This document shows positions 9,657 to 19,210 of a stretch of DNA of 37,048 bases, one piece after another. The DNA is from an uncultured Chloroflexia bacterium (GTDB taxonomy: Bacteria > Chloroflexota > Dehalococcoidia > DSTF01 > JALHUB01). The stretch covers positions 1 through 37,048 of the forward strand of contig CAVSBT010000029.1 of NCBI GenBank assembly GCA_963726245.1, in the 5' to 3' direction. A model generated the notes under the pieces. That model saw nothing but the letters and a program-made list of their open reading frames with translations, was not told where the DNA came from and did no database searches. A program made the position numbers and the translations under genes. The first letter of the stretch is position 1. Every line of letters starts with the position of its first letter.

Positions 9657-10583
9657 TCAGTGGAAGTACCCGACGATGTAGGAAGTCACGGGCAAGGCGA
9701 CGACGCCGCTTACCTCGCCCGAGTTGCTGTTTCCCCTCAGTTCGAAACGCGTCGCCCCCAGCCGGCCCACAGTCTCCACGAGGACGGCCACAGAGGCCGG
9801 CGAATCCAGGTGCTCGTTGCCCCACCGCAGCAGAGGCGCCCAGTCGGAGGCGCGGAGCAGAGCCAGCGTCTCGCCGTCGCGCTGACGGGCGGCTGACGCC
9901 GGCAGGCCGTGGGAGAAGTCCACGGCCGCCACTAGCACCGTACCCTCGTCCACCAGCGGCGTCAGAGCGGTCGCCAGCCGCTCGACATCTTCGGCCGAAA
10001 GCCCTCCCCGGAGGACAAGGGGAACCACCTTCGCTTCGGGCAGGTAGCGGCGCACCGCAGGAATGATGCCGGCCACCGAGTGCTCGTAGGTGAGGACCTC
10101 CGGCTCCAGGCGTGCCAGACCGCTGGCGGCCAGGGTGGTCACCGCCTCTCGGTCCGCCTCGGCCCGGCCGAAGGGCGTCTCCCAGGACAGGTCGCTGGTC
10201 AGGACGGCGGCGCCGCCGGCGTTGGTATGGTTGGGGCCGACGAGGATGACCCGCGTCACTTTTCGAGAGGCCGCTAGATCGCGCAGGGGAGTGGTGATAA
10301 AGGCGCCGCCCACCCAGTCATGCGGCAGCAGCAGGCCCCGCGCATCTGGCATGGGTTCGACCGGCGTGGCGGCGGTAGCGGCCTCGGCAGCGGCGAAGGA
10401 GCGCTCGTCGAAGAAGAGGAGGGGATGGCTGGGAGAGTACGTGGTGCCCGGCGGCTTCGACGGCGCCGTCTCAGCCCCAAGAAGAGGCAGCAGCCAGATG
10501 GCCAGCCCCAGGGCCAGGCCGCCGGCAGCCGCGGCCGCCACGCGCAGACCGAGTGCGGGCCGGCGGACGGAGACCGCCCTCAC
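9657..10583 (-). CDS. MEMO1-fold protein (AmmeMemoRadiSam protein B family) with N-terminal signal or membrane anchor
   Basis: LLPHD, VILVGPNH, WETPFG, EHSV, VDFSH motifs; basic-then-hydrophobic N-terminus; GTG start overlaps the A2M stop (GTGA). Confidence 0.82.
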   Translation of the reverse strand: MRAVSVRRPALGLRVAAAAAGGLALGLAIWLLPLLGAETAPSKPPGTTYSPSHPLLFFDERSFAAAEAATAATPVEPMPDARGLLLPHDWVGGAFITTPLRDLAASRKVTRVILVGPNHTNAGGAAVLTSDLSWETPFGRAEADREAVTTLAASGLARLEPEVLTYEHSVAGIIPAVRRYLPEAKVVPLVLRGGLSAEDVERLATALTPLVDEGTVLVAAVDFSHGLPASAARQRDGETLALLRASDWAPLLRWGNEHLDSPASVAVLVETVGRLGATRFELRGNSNSGEVSGVVALPVTSYIVGYFH

Positions 10584-13500
10584 GGGATCACCACCTTCTC
10601 TGGCGCCGACAGGTTGATGCTCTCCGGCGCCTTCTGCGACTGGATGATGGCCGGCTCGGCCTCGAACTCGCCGCGGCCGGTCACCCGCGCGTAGTAGATA
10701 ATGGTCGGCCGTGGGTCGAGCTTATCGACGCAGAAGCTCACCCTCTGCCCTTCGATTAGATACGGGTAGAAGGCGTTGGGGTCAGTGATTCCCCAGGCGT
10801 AGCAGCCGCGTCACCGCCTTCAGGCCCGACGGCAGCAGGTCCGAGACCTGGTAGCAGCCGTCCAGGGCCTGAGGCCCCAGGGTGTAGTTCAGCACCACCC
10901 GCACCAGCTCTCCCTCTCGAAGGATGAGAGGGCCTCCAGACGGGCCCTGGAAGACACGTGTGATGGCGACATCCGGGTCTTTCTCGATAGCCGCCGGGTC
11001 CAGGGGCGCCAGGTAGAAGGTGGCTACGCCCACCTGCCCCTCCAGGGGCTCCGGGTCCAGGGCGGCCAGCTCGTCGGCCGAGAGCAGCAGCGCCAGGGAC
11101 TCGCCGCCCTTCAGTTCGGCCTCCTTCCGCTGGCCGTCCAGGGTGTAGGCGAAGCGCACCGGCTGAGGCGAAAGCCGGGGCAGGACGTTCACCAGGTAGC
11201 TGATCTGCTCCAGCTCTACCAGGATGTCCTTGGTGTAGTTGCTGCGGGTGTACTCGAAGAGGTCGGGCGCCAGGGGATCGCCGATGCCAGCCGCCAGGAT
11301 GGCGGCCAGCGACGTGGCCTCCAGGATGTCGTCCTGGTCGACGCCGACGCGGAGGCGGACGGCGGGGCCGCGCCTCTCGCCGAACTGCTCCAGCAGCCCC
11401 CGCTCCAGGCCGCGGGCCGTATCCTCGTCGCCCAGCTCCTGGGCGGCCAGGGCGACGTAGAGGCGCTCCCGCCAGTCGAGGTCGGAGGCGGCTGCGGCGG
11501 CCTGGACGGCCGGCAGCACCGGCTCGCCCAGGGCGGCCAGCCCGTAGAGGGCGATGATGGCCCGCTCGCGGGTCTCGTTCTGGTCCTCGTAGACCCTGCG
11601 GAAGTAGGCAGCCAGCGACTGCTGGCCGAAGCGGTCCGGCGCCACGGCGGCGACGCGGGCGCTGAGGGTCAGGTCGGCGTCAGCGTAGGGGAAGAGGGCG
11701 ATGCCGCCGTCGGGCGTCTGGTAGAGGGCGCTGTCGAACTCGGCGGGCGGCGCGAAGGACTTCTCATCGAAGTAGGTGGCCAGCATCTCCTGAGAGAGGG
11801 CGCGGGCCAGCATCTGGTCCACCCGGTCGCCGTGGGTCCAGGAGAGCGACTGGAGGATGGGCAGGTAGCGGCCCCGGTTGTGGTCGCTGAAGACCACGCG
11901 GGTCGCCCGGTCAGGGGCTGCCCTCGAGACTGATACCTTTCGTCAGCTCTGTGAAGCTCGCCTGAGTCTGCACAAGCCGCGACGGCAGCACCTGGATGGT
12001 GCGCTTGAGGCTATCGCTCAGGGAGCCGTGGCTGCCCTTGATGATGAGGTCGTGCGTGCCTTCGATGAGGGCGGGCAGAGCGATGTCCACGGGCTGGAAG
12101 GCGACGCCCTGGGCGGTCAGGGGCTCCGTCAGCCCCAGGCTGGGGGCCGACACCTCGAAGGAGACGGGGTCGCCTGGCTGGAGCTCCTGCCCGAAGCCGC
12201 GCACCCGGAGCATAGGCTTGTCGCTGGTCAGGTAGTCGCGGTTCAGGACCACGTCCACGAAGAAGGGCAGGCCCACGGGCACCAGCTTCAGGCTGTGGCC
12301 GGCGTAGAGGGTGTCGGTCACCGCCAGGGCGGTCACCCGCCAGGAGGTGAGGTTATCGGGCAGCTTGAAGGAGACGCTGCCGCGGCCGTCGTCGCCGGTG
12401 GTGACGGTGCCGAAGAAGGCCACGTCCTTGAAGTCCTCGCGGGGGCCGCCGTCGCCGCCCCGTTCGGCGGCCGGGACAGCTCCCGGGTACTGGTGCGAGG
12501 CATAGGTGTGCAGGATGCCGGGGTCCACCGCCTCGTATAGCTGCTCCAGGATGTTCCGCTCGTAGTCGTAGCCGGGCTGCTCCAGGCGGAAGATGGCCTC
12601 ATCGACGGCGCTCAGGAGCACCTCGGCGCGAACGCCGTTGCCGTCGGGGCCGGTCACCGTCACGTTCAGTGTGGCGTCGTCGCCCGGCTCGTAGCGCTCG
12701 CGGTCGGGCTCGACGCGCACGGTGAGCTTTCGCTCCTCCGGGTCCAGGCGGGCCGTGTAGCCGTAGCCCACCTCCTGGTAGGTGGCGCCGGTGAAGCGCA
12801 CGCCCATCACGTCGATGCTGGGGATGTGCTTCTCCTCGAAGGGGAAGCTGAGGTGGGAGGTGTCCTGCACCCGGTAGTCCCGCAGGCCGTTCTGGGCGAA
12901 GTAGAACAGGTAGCGGTTGGGGCCGCCTGAGGGCAGGTCGTCCGGCCCGACGCGCATGGTGAGCTCCACCGCCTCGCCGAGGGCGTAGGTGTTCGTCGGC
13001 CCGAAGCCGGAGTAGTTGTCCTTCTGTCCAGCCGAGAGGTAGGGCTGGTCGCTGTAGTAACCCCGGAAGCGGCCATAGACGCCGGTCTCGAGGACAGCCT
13101 TCCGGCCGGCGTCGTCCACGGCGGTGAGGGTCACCTCGTAGGTCACGTCCTCGGAGCCGCTGAAGGTGAAGGTGAAGCGGCCTTGGGCGTCCGTGGTGGC
13201 TTGCAGGTTCGGGAGGGGCCGGCGCCGCTCCTCGTATCGGTAGCGCGGCCGCACGATCTTGGCGATGAAGTCATAGTACTCGCCTTCCTGGATTTGCTCG
13301 TAGGTCACTTCCTCCACCTGCGCGTCCACCTGCCGGCCGGGCAGAGGGTCGCCCAGGAAATCGTTGGTATCCTCCGCCTGCTCGCTGTTGATGCGGTCCA
13401 GGTCCACAGCCGTCAACTGCCCCTCGACGACGGCCTGGCCGTCCCGGAAGTCCGTCTGGATGTCGCGGAAGGTGACGGCGGCGGGAAACACCTGCACCCA

Positions 13501-15687
13501 GGCGCTGCCCGTGATCTCACCCTCCTCGGCTAGCTGTGGCACTACGTCCAGCGAGAAGCTGTCGAAGGACCTGTATGGCGTCCCCGTCGGGGCGGTGGCC
13601 GTGACCGTGGCCTGGCCGTCGGCGTCGGTGGTGAGCTGCCCTTGCGCCATGCCGTTGTAGTTGAGGCCCAGGTTGGGCACGGGGCTCCCCTCGAAGAAGG
13701 TGGCGCTGACGTCGAAGTTCACGGTCTCGCCAGTGAAGACGGCCTTGCGGTCGGGCACCACGTCGATCTTGTAGGCCGGCTTCACGAAGTCGCGCACCTC
13801 CAGGTAGGTGGAGGTGACCACCTGATCGCCGACAGCGACCTCCAGGTTGTAGTAGCCGGCGGAGACGCCGGCAAAGGAGAGCTCGCCGGTGAAGGTGCCC
13901 GTGGGTGACGTGGTGAAGGTGTCTTCGGCGACGACCACCGGCTCGTACTCGGACTCGGAGCCGCTGCCCGTGATCCGCACCGTCACCTGCTGGGAAGGCG
14001 GCGGGTTCTCGCGGGCCCGCACCAGGCCCCAGAAGTGGATGGTGTCCGTCAGGCGGTAGAGGTGGCGGTCGGTGTAGAGGAAGCGCCAGTAGAAGCTGGG
14101 GTTGCCCACGTAGCCGTAGGCGCGGTACCCGTAGTAGCGGAACCCGGCGAAGATGCTGCCCAAAGGCACCACGGCCGTGCGCCCGTCGGGGGCCTCCACC
14201 ACCAGGTTGCCGACGACGGACGCGGAGCTGTACCCGAACTGGCTGGGCTCGAGCTGTACCAGGTCTTGCGGGGTCTCGAAGAAGGCGACGCCGTCGTCGC
14301 CCGTGGTCACGTCCAGGGTGGCGCCTACGCTGCGCACGCGGGCTCCCTCGATCGGACTGCCGGCAGACACGTCGTTGACCCAGACCAGCGACTTGCCCAG
14401 CCCGATGGAGGCGTAGGTGGCCACGTCGGTGACCTGGAGCCAGCCCTGGAGGCTGCTGGTCGGGCCGCTGGCCTGCACCAGGTAGAAGCCGGCCGGCAGC
14501 GGCGGCCGGAAAGAGCACGAAGTAGTCGCTGTACTCGCCGACCGGCTCCGGCGTGGCCTGGAAGGACGCGGCTTCCTCGAGGCCCGTGGTGTCCTCACGA
14601 TAGCGGGAGCGCGTCTGGTCGGCCCAGGACGGGATGGCGTCGAAGCGGGCCAGGCTCTCCAGGAAGGCGTCCACGTCCGGAAAGCGATAGACGGTGAAGG
14701 AGAGAGGCTCGACGGGCGGCGCCTGGTCGGGGTTCCCGTAGTACGCGCGGTACAGCGACAGCGCAGGCGGCTCGCCCGTTGGCGACTCGGAGACGGCCCG
14801 CGAGAGCTGGATGGAGGAGAAGGGAGCGGGCTGCTCGCCCCGCTTCTCCGAGCCGGTCTCGAACCGGAAGACGAAGTCTTCGCCCAGGGTCTGGTCGCTG
14901 CCCTCCAGGCCCACGCCGGCCCCTACGGTGACGGTGTAGAGGGTGAAGGCGCTCAGGGGCTGGCGGGGGACGAAGACCACCGTCCGCTTGTGGGTCTCGA
15001 ACCGGCCGTCCACCGCCGGCTCGATGTGGAACTGGCTCCCGACGCCGATGACGCCTTCGTGGCTGAAGGTGAGCTCGATGCCGGTGTCCAGGGGGACATC
15101 GGTGGCCTGATCCCGTGGTAGCGTCTGAACGATGCGCAGGGGGCGCTGCACCTGGAAGGCCCAGACGCGGGCGGGCGTGCCGTCGGGCTCCTCCAGGAGG
15201 GTAAAGCGGTAAACCTTGCCCTCGGCCAGTGGCTCTTCGGGGGAGATGGTGGCCTTCTCGGAGCTAACGTCCTCGAAGTTCAGGCCCACGGGCGGCTCGA
15301 CGAGCAGGCGGCTCTCAGATTGTTCAGCCGGGCGCCCTCCTGGGCCGCCAGGACGAAGGAGGTGTCGGGGGCGACGCCGCCGGCGTCGGCTTGAGCAGCG
15401 GCCAGGGAGTAGCGGTTCTCCGGCTCTGGGACCTGGAGCTTCTCCCAATTGGGGCCTGTGGTCGGCGTGGGCGGGGGCGCCTCGACGGTGGGGGCGCCGC
15501 CCCCGCCGCCCCCGCAGCGGATGCCGGCTCCGCCGCCCAGGACGGCCAGGATGAGGATGACCGCCAGGACAGGTCGATGACCTCTGCCCCGTAACCATGC
15601 CCACGGCCGCCCCAGGATCGCTCCTGGCTGCTGGATCGGAGAACGTCCGGGCCCAGTGGTCTGCTCACGTCCTGCTGTGCTACCCAT
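10580..15687 (-). CDS. Bacterial alpha-2-macroglobulin family protein, ~1700 aa, with N-terminal Ig-like domains; four apparent frameshifts (~15320, ~14505, ~11915, ~10803)
   Basis: GGAGGGG RBS and ATG 15687; TM segment; Ig-like (LRIVQTLPRDQATDVPLDTGIELTFS); MG2-type LYTDRHLYRLTDTIHF; VRDFVKPAYKI; AVDEAIF; PREDFKDVAFF...FKLPDNLTSWRVTA; QTPDGGIALF; C-terminal SDLLPSGL...YYARVTGRGEFEAEPA. Confidence 0.88.
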
Positions 15688-15855
15688 GAGACCCCCTCCC
15701 TGGTAGATGGTGCCCACATGATACTAGAGGCCAGGCGCGTTGCGTAGGCGAAAACGCCAGATTTTCGGCCTTCGCGGTGCCTTACACCACCCGACCGATG
15801 CACCTACTCTCTCCTATAGCGCACTCCTCGTGCTGGGGCCGCACTCAGGGAGGAA

Positions 15856-15918
15856 GCGGCGTTGCTACGCCGCAGGAGGCAGAACAGTGGAGAAGCGCCC
15901 CGGGTTGCCCCGGTGCGC
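15856..15918 (-). terminator. Two GC-rich hairpins just after the flxA stop; possible terminator or 3' stabiliser
   Basis: On the minus strand GCGCACCGGG-GCAA-CCCGGGGCGC then TTCTCC, and GCGGCGT-AGCA-ACGCCGC then TTCCTCC; U-tracts are weak. Confidence 0.4.
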
Positions 15919-15920
15919 AC

Positions 15921-16769
15921 TCAATACTCAGGGGGCAGCCGTCTCAGCTCGGCCAGGGTAAAGACTGGGCCGTCCCTGCACACATAGCTGCTGCCGATGT
16001 TGCAGCGGCCGCACATCCCGATGCCGCACTTCATCTTCATCTCCAGGGAGAGCACGACACGCTCCGGGGGGAAATGCAGCCGTTCCAGGACCGGCAGGGT
16101 ATATCGAGTCATGGCGGGCGGTCCGCACACTAGGGCGTAGGTGTCGTCTGCCGCCGGTGCAAGGTCGCTGACCACATCCGGCACCACGCCTACCCGGCCC
16201 TTCCAGTCGCCGTCTGCGGCGTCGACCGTCACGTGAAGTTTCGGGTCATCCCTCTGCCGCCACTGCTCCAGCTCGCCCTTGTAGAGCAGCATCCCCGGTG
16301 TCCTCGCCCCATAGACGACAGTGAGCTTCCCGAACCGGCCCCGGTTGTCTCTCTCCAGCACGTAGTTGATGAGGGAACGGAGGGTGGTGAACGCAAACCC
16401 GCCGCCGATGACGAGCAGGTCTCTGCCCTCCATCTCCTGCAGCGGGAAACTCGAGCCTAGCGGCCCCCTTACTCCCACCAGGTCCCCGTGTTCCATCTGG
16501 TGCAGGGCGCTGGTCAGGAGGCCAGCCCGGCTGACGGTGAACTGTAGGAGGCCGGCCCTGGTCGGCGAGGACGCGATGCCGAACGGCGCCTCCCCCTTTC
16601 CGAACACCGAGAGCTGAGCGAACTGCCCGGGGAGATAGCGGAAGGCCTGCTCATCCTCCTTGTGGATGAAGGAGAGGTCGAAGGTCTTGATGCTGCGGTC
16701 CTCCGTCTCGACGGTGACCTTCTCGATCCTCATAGGGATGGGCACATACGGGCTCTTTGCGATCATCAT
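15921..16769 (-). CDS. flxA: FlxA: FAD/NAD(P)H-binding oxidoreductase with [2Fe-2S] (AsrB/HydG family)
   Basis: PGQF, GEAPFGIASSP, VRGPLG, GGGFAFTTLRS, YGARTP, VCGPP, MKCGIGMCGRC...VCRDGPVF; ATGA overlap with flxB. Confidence 0.88.
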   Translation of the reverse strand: MMIAKSPYVPIPMRIEKVTVETEDRSIKTFDLSFIHKEDEQAFRYLPGQFAQLSVFGKGEAPFGIASSPTRAGLLQFTVSRAGLLTSALHQMEHGDLVGVRGPLGSSFPLQEMEGRDLLVIGGGFAFTTLRSLINYVLERDNRGRFGKLTVVYGARTPGMLLYKGELEQWRQRDDPKLHVTVDAADGDWKGRVGVVPDVVSDLAPAADDTYALVCGPPAMTRYTLPVLERLHFPPERVVLSLEMKMKCGIGMCGRCNIGSSYVCRDGPVFTLAELRRLPPEY

Positions 16770-17794
16770 TCGGCTTGCTTGCTCAGCGACTCGATCTCGT
16801 TCAGCACCTGCCGGATGTCCAGGTTCACCGGGCAGTTCACCACACACCGTCCACAGCCGACGCAGCCCGCCTCACCGTGGCTCTCCGCCCAGTAGCGGAA
16901 CTTGTGCATCAGCCGCTGCCGCCAGCGCTCCTTGCCCGTCGGGCGTGGGTTGTGGCCGGAGGCATGCTGGGTGAAGAGGGGGAACATGCAGGAATCCCAG
17001 AGCTTGAGTCGGCGCCCTCGCTGTTCCGAGCCCTCGTCCACGATGTCGAAGCAGTGGCAGGTGGGACAGAGATACGTGCAGACTCCACAGCCGATGCACT
17101 TCTCGTGCAGGCGGTCCCAGAAGGGGTCGTCCCACATCTCCTGCAGCCTGCGCTCCATGTCCTCCGTCCTGATGGCGCCTCGGAAAGCCGCCTCTGCTGA
17201 CGCCTGCGCCTCTGTCCTGCGGCGGACGCTATCTTCGTCCGCCTCCCTGCACCCGCCGATGCTCTCCATCAGAAGAGCCCCTTTGTCAGTGACCGCCTCG
17301 AGCAGGTAGTCCGTTCCCAGGTCTGTCACCAGCACATCCGAGCCCGTAGCGGAGAAAGGTCCGCCTCCTACCGAGGTGCAGAAGCAGGTAGCCTTCGGGC
17401 TGGTGCACGACAGGCCAACCACCGTGCAGTTCTCTCTCCTCGCCAGGTAACACCCGTCGCACTGGTTGCCGCCGGCGAACACCCGGTCCAGGAAGGTGAA
17501 GCTTCGCGCATCGCAGGGCCGGACGCCGAACAGCACCTGCGACCGCGACGCCGGCTGCGGTTCCTCCAGCGCAAGCTGTCCCCGTTCCAGGCTGTAGGCG
17601 AAAAGAGTCTCGGTCTGGGGGAAGAACAGCCCCTTCGGCGGCAGTGTCGAATTGTGGTAGTCGAGGCGCACCTGCTGCGGCGAGTCCACCTGCCGGAAAG
17701 CGATCACGCCGTCGTCATTGACCGGAGCGAACACCTCGCGGCCCTGGAGCAGCGCCTCCAGCAGCACCGACATCTGGTCCTTTGCGAGAAGCAC
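16766..17794 (-). CDS. flxB: FlxB: 4Fe-4S dicluster protein (AsrA/HydB family)
   Basis: PKGLFFPQTE, FGVRPCD, TCFC, CIGCGVCTYLCPTCHCF, WDSC, HKF, CVGCGRCVVNCP; start estimated at GTG 17794. Confidence 0.87.
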   Translation of the reverse strand: MLLAKDQMSVLLEALLQGREVFAPVNDDGVIAFRQVDSPQQVRLDYHNSTLPPKGLFFPQTETLFAYSLERGQLALEEPQPASRSQVLFGVRPCDARSFTFLDRVFAGGNQCDGCYLARRENCTVVGLSCTSPKATCFCTSVGGGPFSATGSDVLVTDLGTDYLLEAVTDKGALLMESIGGCREADEDSVRRRTEAQASAEAAFRGAIRTEDMERRLQEMWDDPFWDRLHEKCIGCGVCTYLCPTCHCFDIVDEGSEQRGRRLKLWDSCMFPLFTQHASGHNPRPTGKERWRQRLMHKFRYWAESHGEAGCVGCGRCVVNCPVNLDIRQVLNEIESLSKQAE

Positions 17795-17798
17795 GCTC

Positions 17799-18749
17799 TC
17801 ACCGGATGAAGTCTCCAGGGTCGTCAGGGCTGAACGTGGAAAGCGGCATCGGCTCATGCACATCGAGCCCAGCCTTGTAGTGAAAGAGCTCTTCCACGTC
17901 CTTCTCCACCTTCTTTGTGAGCAGTCTCAGGTCGAGGCCCACGGGGCAGGCCCGTTCGCAGGCGCCGCAGTCTACGCAGCGACCCGCCGTGTGCATGACC
18001 CGCATGATCTGGAAGACGAGGGCATCCGTGGCGTCAGTCGACGGGCTCAACCAGCGGGGCTGGGTGCTGTCCACAAAGCACTCCGCGCAGTAGCACAGCG
18101 GGCAGGCGTTGCGGCAGGCGTAACAGCGGATGCACCTGCTCGCCTGGGCCATGAAGAACTGCCAGCGCTCGCCTGCCGGCATGGCTTCGAATTCCCGCAC
18201 CGCTGCGTACTCGTCGTCGGCCGGCTCCTCCGCGACCGGATCGCCGATGAGGGTGTCATATATCACCGGATTGCGAGAGCGGCAGGCACGACAGGAGGCG
18301 TGAAGATAGCGCTCCTTCTCCAGGGCGATCTCGAAGCCGTCCCCGCGGAGGAGCACTTCCCCTTCCCCCTCCTGCACATCGATTGCCTCTCTCCCCGCCA
18401 GCTCGCTCTCGATGCGCCGCCGGTCGATCACGCCCCGGCAGGGAACGCCGATAATGTGCAGCCGCTCTCGCTCTACCTGTCCCTCCCTGAGAAGCCCAAC
18501 GATGGAGCGCGTGTCGCAGCCCTTGGCGATGATCCCCACCCTTTCGCCACGCCGCGGCAGGTACTTCGCGAGGTTGTTCTCGCAGCTCATGTTCCAGACC
18601 AGCCGCTCGACCTCAGCGGCATCCCTCACGAAGCAGGGCGAACTGCGCAGAGGAAGGCTGCCTGCCTCAAAGCCGATGACGACATCCACCAGCCCGTCGC
18701 TCAGCAGCCGCCTGGCAGCATCCCTTATCGCCGGCGCGAGGTCCGTCAC
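17799..18749 (-). CDS. flxC: FlxC: 4Fe-4S protein
   Basis: CENNLAKYL, KGCDTRS, IIGVPC, CIRCYACRNACPLCYC..C, CVDCGACERACP; GTG 18749 overlaps the flxD stop. Confidence 0.86.
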   Translation of the reverse strand: MTDLAPAIRDAARRLLSDGLVDVVIGFEAGSLPLRSSPCFVRDAAEVERLVWNMSCENNLAKYLPRRGERVGIIAKGCDTRSIVGLLREGQVERERLHIIGVPCRGVIDRRRIESELAGREAIDVQEGEGEVLLRGDGFEIALEKERYLHASCRACRSRNPVIYDTLIGDPVAEEPADDEYAAVREFEAMPAGERWQFFMAQASRCIRCYACRNACPLCYCAECFVDSTQPRWLSPSTDATDALVFQIMRVMHTAGRCVDCGACERACPVGLDLRLLTKKVEKDVEELFHYKAGLDVHEPMPLSTFSPDDPGDFIR

Positions 18750-19195
18750 GGCGCCCCCTCTTGATCCCGGGCCCTGATCAGCCGCTGGGCAGGCCCCAGT
18801 GCCCGCACCGACTCGGTCACCTCTGCCACCACGTGGGCGAACTTGCCGCCCTCGGACGCGGACACCCAGGCGAACTGCACTCGCCCCTCCTCGATCCCCA
18901 CGTACTCGAGCAGACCCTTGAGCAGGGCGAAGCGCCTTCTGGCCAGGTAGTTGCCTTCGAGGTAGTGGCAGTCGCCGGGGTGGCACCCGGAGACCAGCAC
19001 GCCATCGGCGCCGTGCATGAGGGCGCGGACGATGAACAGCGGGCTCACCCGACCAGCGCACGGCACGCGGATGGTGCGCGTGTTGGGCGGGTACTGGAGG
19101 CGGCTCGTCCCCGCCAGGTCGGCGCCGGCGTAGCTGCACCAGTTGCAGAGAAAGGCCACTATCCGTGGTTCCCAGTGACTGTGCTTCTCTTCCAC
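18746..19195 (-). CDS. flxD: FlxD / MvhD-type [2Fe-2S] subunit
   Basis: FLCNWCSYAGADLAG, RVPCAGR, ADGVLVSGCHPGDCHY, WVSASEG. Confidence 0.93.
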   Translation of the reverse strand: MEEKHSHWEPRIVAFLCNWCSYAGADLAGTSRLQYPPNTRTIRVPCAGRVSPLFIVRALMHGADGVLVSGCHPGDCHYLEGNYLARRRFALLKGLLEYVGIEEGRVQFAWVSASEGGKFAHVVAEVTESVRALGPAQRLIRARDQEGAP

Positions 19196-19210
19196 GGACG
19201 GCCACTCCGC

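Noticed and set aside
15921-19195. Anaerobic sulfite reductase (asrAB) or sulfhydrogenase
   Set aside because: No asrC or NiFe hydrogenase subunits; the order after hdrCBA matches flxDCBA.
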